Positions 8,557-15,180 of a stretch of DNA of 41,305 nucleotides are shown here, piece by piece. The notes beneath the pieces were generated by a model. That model searched no databases and was not told the origin of the DNA. It saw nothing but the letters and a program-made list of their open reading frames with translations. The stretch lies in IMG/VR virus record IMGVR_UViG_3300045589_000107. The stretch is one strand, 5' to 3'. Numbering within the stretch: position 1 is the first letter of the stretch; each line of letters opens with the position of its first letter. The position numbers were made by a program, and so were the translations under genes. This DNA comes from a virus.

Positions 8557-8992
8557 GCGACATTTTGAACCGATTGCGGGCTATACCGGCCCATTACCTA
8601 AACGAGCTACGGCATACTCCGCTGGTTACGACATTGCGGCAGCAGAAACGGTGGTCATTAATCCCGGCAAGATTGCGCTGATTCCGACGGGTATCAAGGT
8701 GAAACTTGGCCGCTATGAGTATTTGGAGCTGGTTTCTCGATCATCATTGCCACGCAAACGGCACTTGGTAATGCCGAACAGTATTGGAATCATCGACAGT
8801 GATTACTATCCACACGAAATCATGGGCCAGTTTTGGAACATCGGTCAGGTGCCAGCCATCATCAATACCGGCGACCGCATCATGCAGGGTATTTTCCGGT
8901 CGTATCTGTTGGCTGACAATGATGCAGCGACAGGCGTGCGCAGTGGGGGATTTGGATCAACAGACAAGGAGAATGAAGAAAATGACTGGTAA
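8549..8992 (+). CDS. dut: dUTP diphosphatase
   Basis: Motifs AGYDIAA, IGIIDSDY and GGFGSTD. RBS AAGGAGGAG. Confidence 0.92.
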   Translation: MNKRHFEPIAGYTGPLPKRATAYSAGYDIAAAETVVINPGKIALIPTGIKVKLGRYEYLELVSRSSLPRKRHLVMPNSIGIIDSDYYPHEIMGQFWNIGQVPAIINTGDRIMQGIFRSYLLADNDAATGVRSGGFGSTDKENEENDW

Positions 8993-9317
8993 AATGACTA
9001 AAGAAGAAGCAAAGTATGATATCACAACACAGTTATACGGCGAGTTGTCTAACAAGCTAGCTATGCCATTTAAAGAACAAATTATTCGTCAAGTTATCGA
9101 CATCGTCGACAGGATTGATTCTCCTGAAACACGATATCTGGTCAGCACGGCAATGCCTGGTGTTACTCATCAAGTTTTTTATGTGCAATACGCATATGGC
9201 ACGGATGGCGTTGAACTTGGGTGGACCAGTGAGCGAGATAGAGCTGACTCTTTAACACTAGGTCTCATTAATAAATTGGGGCTGGAAGCGTGTAAAAGAG
9301 AGAGAATAGGTGACTGA
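8982..9317 (+). CDS. Hypothetical protein (111 aa)
   Basis: In-frame ATG at 8982 lies 10 nt after AAGGAG. The longer ORF from 8784 overlaps dut and is trimmed. Confidence 0.6.
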   Translation: MTGKMTKEEAKYDITTQLYGELSNKLAMPFKEQIIRQVIDIVDRIDSPETRYLVSTAMPGVTHQVFYVQYAYGTDGVELGWTSERDRADSLTLGLINKLGLEACKRERIGD

Positions 9318-9319
9318 CG

Positions 9320-9658
9320 ATGATCAATGAGACGAAGCGGGACGTGCTAAAAGAGGCACTGCTGTACGTGCCAACAGATTACGAATACGATTGGGCGGAA
9401 GGCAAGGAGGCTGGCAATCTTGCTGAGCAATTGCTTGCTCGTTATACTGCCGCCTTGCCAGATGATCTGCCAGTGATCCCGGAAGCATGGGGAGATACGA
9501 TTGAAGAGTTTAAGGCTAACCACTACCGATTAAGCGAAATTTTCACTGAATGGGATTGGAACTATGATGAACAAGAACTTATTGCACGTGCCTGGCTGCT
9601 AGGTGTCTGGCGCGTTGAGGAAACAGGAGAAATCGTGAAATTGGAGGAAGAAAAATGA
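9320..9658 (+). CDS. Hypothetical protein, DUF1642-like
   Basis: 112 aa. The C-terminal ARAWLLGVWRVEE pattern recalls DUF1642. Assignment is tentative. Confidence 0.6.
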   Translation: MINETKRDVLKEALLYVPTDYEYDWAEGKEAGNLAEQLLARYTAALPDDLPVIPEAWGDTIEEFKANHYRLSEIFTEWDWNYDEQELIARAWLLGVWRVEETGEIVKLEEEK

Positions 9659-9939
9659 CAACACCAAGGAATGAACAGGAAACGATTCTCAGTTATGATC
9701 GGGAGCTAGATCAGTGGCACTACTACAGTGATGTACCGAAACATAATCGCAAGTGGGCTGATTTAGTCCATAACCGTACACAATTCGTGGAGAAAAACGG
9801 AACGATCGAAGTTCTTGAAGGAACTATCAACGGAAATGTTTCAATCCGAAAACACACATCTATGTCAGAAGAAATGAGAGCAAAAGCGGCTGCTCGGTTG
9901 AAGACATATCGGGACAATAAATTGGAGGCGGAGAAATGA
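9655..9939 (+). CDS. Hypothetical protein (94 aa)
   Basis: RBS GGAGGAAG. ATGA overlap. Confidence 0.6.
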   Translation: MTTPRNEQETILSYDRELDQWHYYSDVPKHNRKWADLVHNRTQFVEKNGTIEVLEGTINGNVSIRKHTSMSEEMRAKAAARLKTYRDNKLEAEK

Positions 9940-10340
9940 AACGAGAGATTAAGTTCAGAGTTTGGGACCATAACACGAATACGATGATGATCCCCGATAA
10001 TTTTGAGTTTTACGATGGCAAAATTGGCTGGATTGATGCAGGCCGAGAAGCAGGACCAGGATCGGGCAATGATGGTTATCCAGATCAGTTCGAGATTATG
10101 CAGTACACCAATCTCAAAGACAAGAACGGGCGGGAAATATACGAAGGCGACATCGTAGATATTGGTCTTAAAAACCAAGACGGCAAGTTGGTATTAGCGC
10201 CGGTGATCTATGGGGAGTATATCGCGGGTTATGTGCTTGACAATGGTGGCAATGGCATCTGGCAACGGTTAACAGAAGATTGCAAGGTCATCGGAAATAT
10301 TTATGAAAACCCGGATTTACTGGAGGCACAACATGATTGA
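9936..10340 (+). CDS. YopX-family protein
   Basis: N-terminus MKREIKFRVWD and C-terminus VIGNIYENPDLLE are typical of YopX. Confidence 0.8.
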   Translation: MKREIKFRVWDHNTNTMMIPDNFEFYDGKIGWIDAGREAGPGSGNDGYPDQFEIMQYTNLKDKNGREIYEGDIVDIGLKNQDGKLVLAPVIYGEYIAGYVLDNGGNGIWQRLTEDCKVIGNIYENPDLLEAQHD

Positions 10341-10593
10341 AACAGTAAAAGATGTGTTTGAAGAATGTTTGGAACGGCTTCGGTATCGGCCAGACAATAA
10401 GGGTGGCATTTTTGACCGCGAAGCAGTGGAATTGCATGATCGTTTTGAAGCGGCACTGGCAGCAGAAACCGAGGCCCAGAAGAGTTGCCCATACTGTCAC
10501 GCAGCGATGGGGAATAAAATTGTCGGAAAGATCGTTTCTTATAATGATTACAACTTTTGCCCAATGTGCGGACGCCGATTGGAGGAAAAATAA
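10333..10593 (+). CDS. Zinc-ribbon protein (86 aa)
   Basis: ATG at 10333 follows GGAGG. Motif is CPYC...CPMC. Confidence 0.6.
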   Translation: MIETVKDVFEECLERLRYRPDNKGGIFDREAVELHDRFEAALAAETEAQKSCPYCHAAMGNKIVGKIVSYNDYNFCPMCGRRLEEK

Positions 10594-10775
10594 TGGAATT
10601 AGCCCCAAAAATAGTGCTTTTTGACCTTTTGATTATCTATGTAGGCGCCATCTTGACACTATCAGGTTTCCCATTATGGATCCGTGCAGCAGGTATCGTT
10701 ATTATGCTTTTTCCAATATACAGCGATGCGGAATGGCTGTTTGAGCACAAAAAGATGGAGGGACTAAAAAAGTAA
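10593..10775 (+). CDS. Small membrane protein (60 aa, two hydrophobic segments)
   Basis: RBS GGAGG lies 8 nt upstream. Last gene of the early operon. Confidence 0.55.
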   Translation: MELAPKIVLFDLLIIYVGAILTLSGFPLWIRAAGIVIMLFPIYSDAEWLFEHKKMEGLKK

Positions 10776-10799
10776 AAAAAAGGCCGCATGAGCGGTCTT
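10774..10799 (-). terminator. Hairpin at the end of the early operon; the canonical U-tract is on the - strand
   Basis: AAAAAAAAGGCCGC-atga-GCGGTCTT. An A8 tract precedes the stem on the + strand, giving T8 after the stem on the - strand. Only TT follows on the + strand. Confidence 0.5.
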
Positions 10800-10858
10800 C
10801 CATGCACAGCTACGTGCACTAACAAGTGATAAATACAGTATAACACAGGAGCGTGGCC

Positions 10859-11317
10859 ATGGTGCGGGTAACACAACGATTTTCAAGAGTAGACAGGGAC
10901 AAAACAGCGGCCAATGCGGAAAATATCTTAATCCAGTATCCGCATCGAAAAGCGATGGCAATGAGCCGTGAAAACACGCTAGCATCACCAGCTATGGACG
11001 GTATGCCGCGAATCCCGTCGGTTGAAAACCATGCGGACGATAAGATCATCAATTATCTCGAAAATGACGACAAGCAATTCTGCGATAGGTGCGAAAAGAT
11101 CATCAACACACTTTTGCCCCAAACGGCAGTCAACGATAAATGGCCGATCATCCTCAAGATGCGCTACGTGACGCTTAAACCACTGTCTGACGACGTGATA
11201 ATGGAACGTGTGGGCTATCAGTCGAGCCAGTATTACGAAGCCGTCAAAGACGCTCTATGTGCGTTTGCTGAGTGGTGGCCGAACTATCCAGGAAGCCTCG
11301 TCGTCAGCAAATTCTAG
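10859..11317 (+). CDS. ArpU-family late transcriptional regulator
   Basis: AGGAG lies 7 nt before the ATG at 10859. The position just upstream of the packaging genes and the sequence ILKMRYVTLKPLSDDVIMERVGYQSSQYYEAVKDAL fit the ArpU family. Confidence 0.8.
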   Translation: MVRVTQRFSRVDRDKTAANAENILIQYPHRKAMAMSRENTLASPAMDGMPRIPSVENHADDKIINYLENDDKQFCDRCEKIINTLLPQTAVNDKWPIILKMRYVTLKPLSDDVIMERVGYQSSQYYEAVKDALCAFAEWWPNYPGSLVVSKF

Positions 11318-11379
11318 ACCGGACATTTACCGGACAAACACCGGACAAAGACCGGACACAAACCGGAGTGATTCGGACG
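11318..11379 (+). promoter_or_regulatory. Six phased direct repeats (ACCGGACA-type, 11-bp period), putative late-activator binding array
   Basis: The CGGA cores start at 11320, 11331, 11342, 11353, 11364 and 11374. The array begins right after the arpU stop and abuts a -10 box. Confidence 0.7.
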
Positions 11380-11388
11380 TATTATAGT
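11380..11388 (+). promoter_or_regulatory. Late promoter -10 region (TATTATAGT) without a recognisable -35
   Basis: TATTAT/TATAGT overlap at 11380..11388. The -35 position is occupied by the repeat array. Confidence 0.55.
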
Positions 11389-11454
11389 ATTGTGCCAATT
11401 TGAAGGACAGCCTGCGAAAGCTTTCTTCTATGAAACCTCCTTTCATTGATTGGC

Positions 11455-11497
11455 GCGGCGAATGGTTGAAAGCCGGGTTCGATTCCCGGTCGCCGCA
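11455..11497 (+). ncRNA. tRNA-like minihelix: perfect 7-bp acceptor stem plus canonical T-arm, with no D or anticodon arms
   Basis: GCGGCGA-aatggttgaaag-CCGGG-TTCGATT-CCCGG-TCGCCGC-A. Confidence 0.5.
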
Positions 11498-11613
11498 TTG
11501 CCCTCAAATTCTATATAAAGGATGTGGTATGGCTCACTCCTTCTTGCAATCGATGTGTTCATACCTGAGGGCAAAAAAAGTCATGCGATGACCCGTAAGG
11601 CGAGCGTGGCAGT

Positions 11614-11686
11614 GCAATCGTAGCGTCAATGGTAGAGCATCTGGCGAAAAAACTAGATTGTGCGGGTTCGATTCCCGCCGGTTGCA
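11614..11686 (+). tRNA. Degenerate tRNA-like gene (73 nt) with an 8-nt anticodon loop CGAAAAAA lacking U33
   Basis: Acceptor GCAATCG/CGGTTGC (one G-U pair). D-arm GCGT-CAATGGTA-GAGC has one mismatch. Anticodon stem is TCTGG/CTAGA. T-arm is GCGGG-TTCGATT-CCCGC. No encoded CCA. Confidence 0.5.
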
Positions 11687-11782
11687 TAAGCCCACCAAAC
11701 TTTCGAAAGGAAGCGAAGACCGCCTGAACTCGGTCGTGGGCTGAAAAAAATAAATTACTAGGTTACGAGGAATTGTAACAAT

Positions 11783-11812
11783 ATAGGCGCTGCCATGGGC
11801 GCCTATTTTAAT
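11783..11812 (+). terminator. Terminator-like hairpin immediately upstream of the methyltransferase gene
   Basis: ATAGGCGC-tgccatgg-GCGCCTAT followed by TTTTAAT. Confidence 0.45.
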
Positions 11813-11829
11813 GCGCTAATGGAGATAAT

Positions 11830-12801
11830 ATGAAAAAAACAGAAAAATGGAAACGCGGATTACCCTATGTTGGCAATAAGGGCCAAAAGGCAGAAAAGAT
11901 CATCGGCATCTTGCCTGCCGGCCACCGTTTCATTGACGTATTCGGGGGGGGCGGATCAATCAGCCTGACAGCAGCCTCATCTGGTAAATGGGACGCAGTA
12001 GTTTACAATGACCAGCGAAAAACGGTTGTTAGTCTGTTGAAAGCGTTGATCGAAGACAACCCTCATTTTAATTTGATGAATTATGTGTATATGGATCGCG
12101 AAACGTTTTACAACTGGCGAGACAGCATGCCTGATTCGATTGAACGTACTCTTGTGTTGACCGTTTGGAGCTTTAGCAACAACCTACACGATTATTTGTG
12201 GGGAAAGAAAATCGAAAAAGACAAATTGCAACTGACGCGAGCAATCTTTTGGGGAGACACAGGGACAAAGCTTGATGACCTTTATACATACACAAAAAAT
12301 GAAGCCACTATTTCTGACAAATATCAGATGTTTCACAAATGGCGATTGGAAAAAATGAATATTCACGGTCGTTATGACATGCTCCAGCAGCTCCAGCAAC
12401 TACAGCAACTCGAGCGACTACAGCGACTACAGCAACTACAGCAACTCGAGCGACTACAGCGACTACAGCAACTACAGCAACTCGAGCGACTACAGCAACT
12501 ACAGCAACTACAGCAACTAAATTCGATTGAATATTCAACGTTAGATTATCGATTTCTTAACATAAAAAATGATGATATTGTTTATTGCGATCCGCCCTAC
12601 TTTGGCACGGGTGAGGATTACGGTGGCTTTGACAATGAATCATTTCAGCACTGGCTTGCTAACTGTCCAGCAAAGCAAATCTATATAAGCGAATACACAC
12701 AGCTGCCTCATACCGAGGTGGCTTTTATTTTAGGAAAAAAGCTATCTTTTCAGGCCAAAGGCAAGCGACCTGACGAACTACTGCTTAAATACGTAAAGTA
12801 A
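11830..12801 (+). CDS. D12-class (Dam-like) N6-adenine DNA methyltransferase with an internal LQQ repeat
   Basis: Motif I is IDVFGGGGSISL and motif IV is VYCDPPYFGT. The N-terminus is LPYVGNKGQKAEKII. RBS GGAGA lies 5 nt upstream. Confidence 0.85.
   Translation: MKKTEKWKRGLPYVGNKGQKAEKIIGILPAGHRFIDVFGGGGSISLTAASSGKWDAVVYNDQRKTVVSLLKALIEDNPHFNLMNYVYMDRETFYNWRDSMPDSIERTLVLTVWSFSNNLHDYLWGKKIEKDKLQLTRAIFWGDTGTKLDDLYTYTKNEATISDKYQMFHKWRLEKMNIHGRYDMLQQLQQLQQLERLQRLQQLQQLERLQRLQQLQQLERLQQLQQLQQLNSIEYSTLDYRFLNIKNDDIVYCDPPYFGTGEDYGGFDNESFQHWLANCPAKQIYISEYTQLPHTEVAFILGKKLSFQAKGKRPDELLLKYVK
12382..12519 (+). repeat. In-frame tandem repeat: 15 x 9 bp (CTACAGCAA-type), higher-order 36-bp unit x3
   Basis: Encodes LQQLQQLQQLERLQRLQQLQQLERLQRLQQLQQLERLQQLQQLQQL. 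It contains three CTCGAG sites. Confidence 0.95.
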
Positions 12802-12814
12802 GAAAATCAATTTA

Positions 12815-14020
12815 ATGAGGAGCACACAAACATTGATTTGGACAAAAGGGATGACAGACCGAGCAATCAAGCTGACAGACCAAGGATACACGCACGCCAA
12901 GGTGGCAGCCGTATTATCCAACGAATACAGTACCAACATTACCGGCAACGCTGTGCGCAAGCGACTCAAACGAGCACATCACAGCGAACAGCCTGCCGCA
13001 GCGTCAGTACAGTTTAACGATGACGGCACACAGACGGCCACAGCACTGTTTCGGCTGAAACACGAGCCGGACAAGTCGCCGGAAACACTCATGCGGCTTT
13101 GCGGGTACGATCCCGAAAGGTTCGAGATGATCAGTGGCGACTACAAGGTGTACGAACAGCACAGCACCAAGGACGGCACCGTGCCGCAATACTCTATCCA
13201 CGTGCGAGTTAAGCCAAAGAGCGGAATCAACGTCCAAGAACTGGTGACAATCCTGAATAAGGGCATCAAGCCCATCACCATTAAGCAGGCCAACAGCGGC
13301 GACCACAATCTGGTTATCCCACTGTTTGACCTGCATTTCGGCATCACGACGTATGCTGGTTTGCAATCACTGCTTAACCAGCTTGTTGATGTCATCCAAC
13401 ACGGCTATCACGACATCGCTATTGAGATTGGCGGTGACCTGCTGCACTCAGACTTTATGGGTAAGACGCAGACTGTTCGTGGTACCCAATTAGACCATAC
13501 TGATACGGTACAGGCATGGACAGATGCCAAGCGCTTTATCGACATTATTATTCGTACCGCTGCCGTAAATGCAGATAGTGTGTCTGTTTGGGCGGTTGGC
13601 GGCAATCACGATTACGACATGCAGTGGGCGTTCGTGGACGGCTTAGCAGACCGTTATCCGCAGATTACGGTTCACAACACAATTGGCTACCGTCAGGCGT
13701 TTCAGCTCGGCCATGTGGGTATTCTGATGGCACACGGTGATGTGGCGCTTAAGTCACTACCGATGCTGTTTGCTAACGAGCACAGTGATATCTGGGCAGC
13801 CTGCAAATGGCGCGAAATACATTACGGTCATTTTCACCACGAGATAGTGAATGATGCTAGCGGCGTTATTCTGCGGCAAATGGGCACACCTAAGCCGGCT
13901 GACGGATATGAGACTAAAAATGGGTACACGATGGCGCACAAGACGATGCAGGCGTTTGAGTATGACGATCGGCAACTACGGGTGACATACAGCATTGGAG
14001 GCAATGATGATGGACGATGA
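12815..14020 (+). CDS. HTH-domain plus calcineurin-like metallophosphoesterase fusion protein
   Basis: Motifs LFDLHFG, GGDLLHSD, GGNHDYD, AHGD and HYGHFHHE. The N-terminus TDRAIKLTDQGYTHAKVAAVLS is HTH-like. The start is uncertain (ATG 12815 has no RBS; TTG 12833 follows AGGAG). Confidence 0.75.
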   Translation: MRSTQTLIWTKGMTDRAIKLTDQGYTHAKVAAVLSNEYSTNITGNAVRKRLKRAHHSEQPAAASVQFNDDGTQTATALFRLKHEPDKSPETLMRLCGYDPERFEMISGDYKVYEQHSTKDGTVPQYSIHVRVKPKSGINVQELVTILNKGIKPITIKQANSGDHNLVIPLFDLHFGITTYAGLQSLLNQLVDVIQHGYHDIAIEIGGDLLHSDFMGKTQTVRGTQLDHTDTVQAWTDAKRFIDIIIRTAAVNADSVSVWAVGGNHDYDMQWAFVDGLADRYPQITVHNTIGYRQAFQLGHVGILMAHGDVALKSLPMLFANEHSDIWAACKWREIHYGHFHHEIVNDASGVILRQMGTPKPADGYETKNGYTMAHKTMQAFEYDDRQLRVTYSIGGNDDGR

Positions 14021-14207
14021 GCATAGCCAAGGCGGCTTAGGCATTGTTGAGGTGGCCACGATTGTATTGGTAATTCTCAAACTGTTTGGACTAATCAACT
14101 GGAGTTGGTTGTGGGTACTTGCACCGTTAGCAATCGCGTGGGCATTTTTACTGGCTATGGCCGTCGTGGTCATGGCATATGCCGCATGGACGGAGAGACG
14201 ACAATGA
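14010..14207 (+). CDS. Small membrane protein (two TM segments)
   Basis: GGAGG lies 8 nt before the ATG at 14010. Hydrophobic stretches are IVEVATIVLVILKLFGLI and WVLAPLAIAWAFLLAMAVVVMAY. Confidence 0.6.
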   Translation: MDDEHSQGGLGIVEVATIVLVILKLFGLINWSWLWVLAPLAIAWAFLLAMAVVVMAYAAWTERRQ

Positions 14208-14533
14208 GACGCACGGAATATGGATATGTCAGCGACACCGAGTACTTGGTTGACTTAGATCTCGATCACTGGCTTAAGGAGCGTAACAGATTGCAAGCAA
14301 TTGTATATACAAATCCAGGATGTGGCAAATGTCGCATGACCATCAACATGCTGCGTAAGGCAATGCCAGTGCGGTCAAAACAGGCGGAAACGCATGACCT
14401 GGAAGCATTTAAGGCAGCCGGCATCCGGGTGATGCCAGTTGTCTACGTCTTTAAAAATAACAAGCCGATTGATCAATGGTCTGATATGCGTGTGGACAAG
14501 ATTAAGCATTATATGGGCACTCACAATGCCTAA
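14204..14533 (+). CDS. NrdH/glutaredoxin-like thioredoxin-fold protein
   Basis: CGKC redox motif in IVYTNPGCGKCRMT. GGAGAG RBS precedes the ATG at 14204. Confidence 0.65.
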   Translation: MRRTEYGYVSDTEYLVDLDLDHWLKERNRLQAIVYTNPGCGKCRMTINMLRKAMPVRSKQAETHDLEAFKAAGIRVMPVVYVFKNNKPIDQWSDMRVDKIKHYMGTHNA

Positions 14534-15029
14534 GGTACATCGCTGCAAGGCACCCAGATGTCACGCCATGGTGCAGTGGCCAGCTAATTACTGTCCAGCA
14601 CACGCAGGCATGGAAGCGGCGCTCGAAGCCAAGCATGCCAAGTATCGTGACCGTTCACGATACAACCGAGTGACACGAAACAGTAGTGGGAGTAAACGGC
14701 AACAGTACGCGTTCTACCGATCAGTGGAGTGGCGTCATCTGCGTAAGCAAATCCTCCAACGGGACTACTACTTGTGCCAGTACTGCAAAGCAATGGGCAA
14801 GCTGACATCGGCAAAGACGGTCGACCATATCGTCCCGATCGAAGTGGATGGTGGGATGGAGACCAATCCGACCAATCTCGCGACCATCTGCCGAGATTGT
14901 CACCGACGCAAGACGGTCTGGGAGCAAAAATACTACGGGACCGGGAACCAGTCCGACAATCTCACTGGCGCACCGAAAATTACAAGCGTGGCGGAGATTT
15001 CCATAAAAATAAACAAGCCGGCGGAATAG
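14526..15029 (+). CDS. HNH endonuclease (packaging-associated)
   Basis: Contains CQYC...VDHIVP...N...CRDCH. ATG at 14526 overlaps the previous stop. It lies directly upstream of the terminase genes. Confidence 0.88.
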   Translation: MPKVHRCKAPRCHAMVQWPANYCPAHAGMEAALEAKHAKYRDRSRYNRVTRNSSGSKRQQYAFYRSVEWRHLRKQILQRDYYLCQYCKAMGKLTSAKTVDHIVPIEVDGGMETNPTNLATICRDCHRRKTVWEQKYYGTGNQSDNLTGAPKITSVAEISIKINKPAE

Positions 15030-15180
15030 AAACCGCGTCAGAACGGCGTTTGTAAAACAATATCCCCCCCTCATGCGCCTATAACGGGGAGCCACACACC
15101 AGAATCGTCTTGTGGCGAAACCTCTCGCCAAACTTTTTAGGCATGGGGGGTCACCATCCGTACCATCCCAGAAAGGAGGC
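15030..15180. other. Probable cos region
   Basis: Non-coding stretch between HNH and TerS. It has a C7 run (15064..15070), a G6 run (15145..15150), the flanking imperfect inverted repeat CCCCCCCTCATGC / GCATGGGGGG, and the hairpin GGCGAaacctcTCGCC. The cut site cannot be read from sequence. Confidence 0.4.

Noticed and set aside
8784-8981. N-terminal extension of ORF 8784..9317 overlapping dut
   Set aside because: It lies entirely inside the well-supported dUTPase frame. An RBS-preceded internal ATG at 8982 fits operon packing.
11400-11591. 63-aa ORF in the late leader
   Set aside because: It has a TTG start without an RBS, and it runs straight through the tRNA-like minihelix and the long-range stems.
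12382-12519. Possible CRISPR array
   Set aside because: The units are contiguous 9/36-bp tandem copies with no unique spacers, and they lie in frame inside a coding sequence.
12308-12538. 76-aa - strand ORF (VAVVAVVA repeats)
   Set aside because: It is the antisense reading of the LQQ tandem repeat inside the methyltransferase gene, which is a repeat artefact.
14105-14203. N-terminal extensions of the redoxin (14105) and HNH (14439) ORFs
   Set aside because: They overlap upstream genes, and the internal ATGs at 14204 and 14526 show the stop/start coupling typical of this operon.
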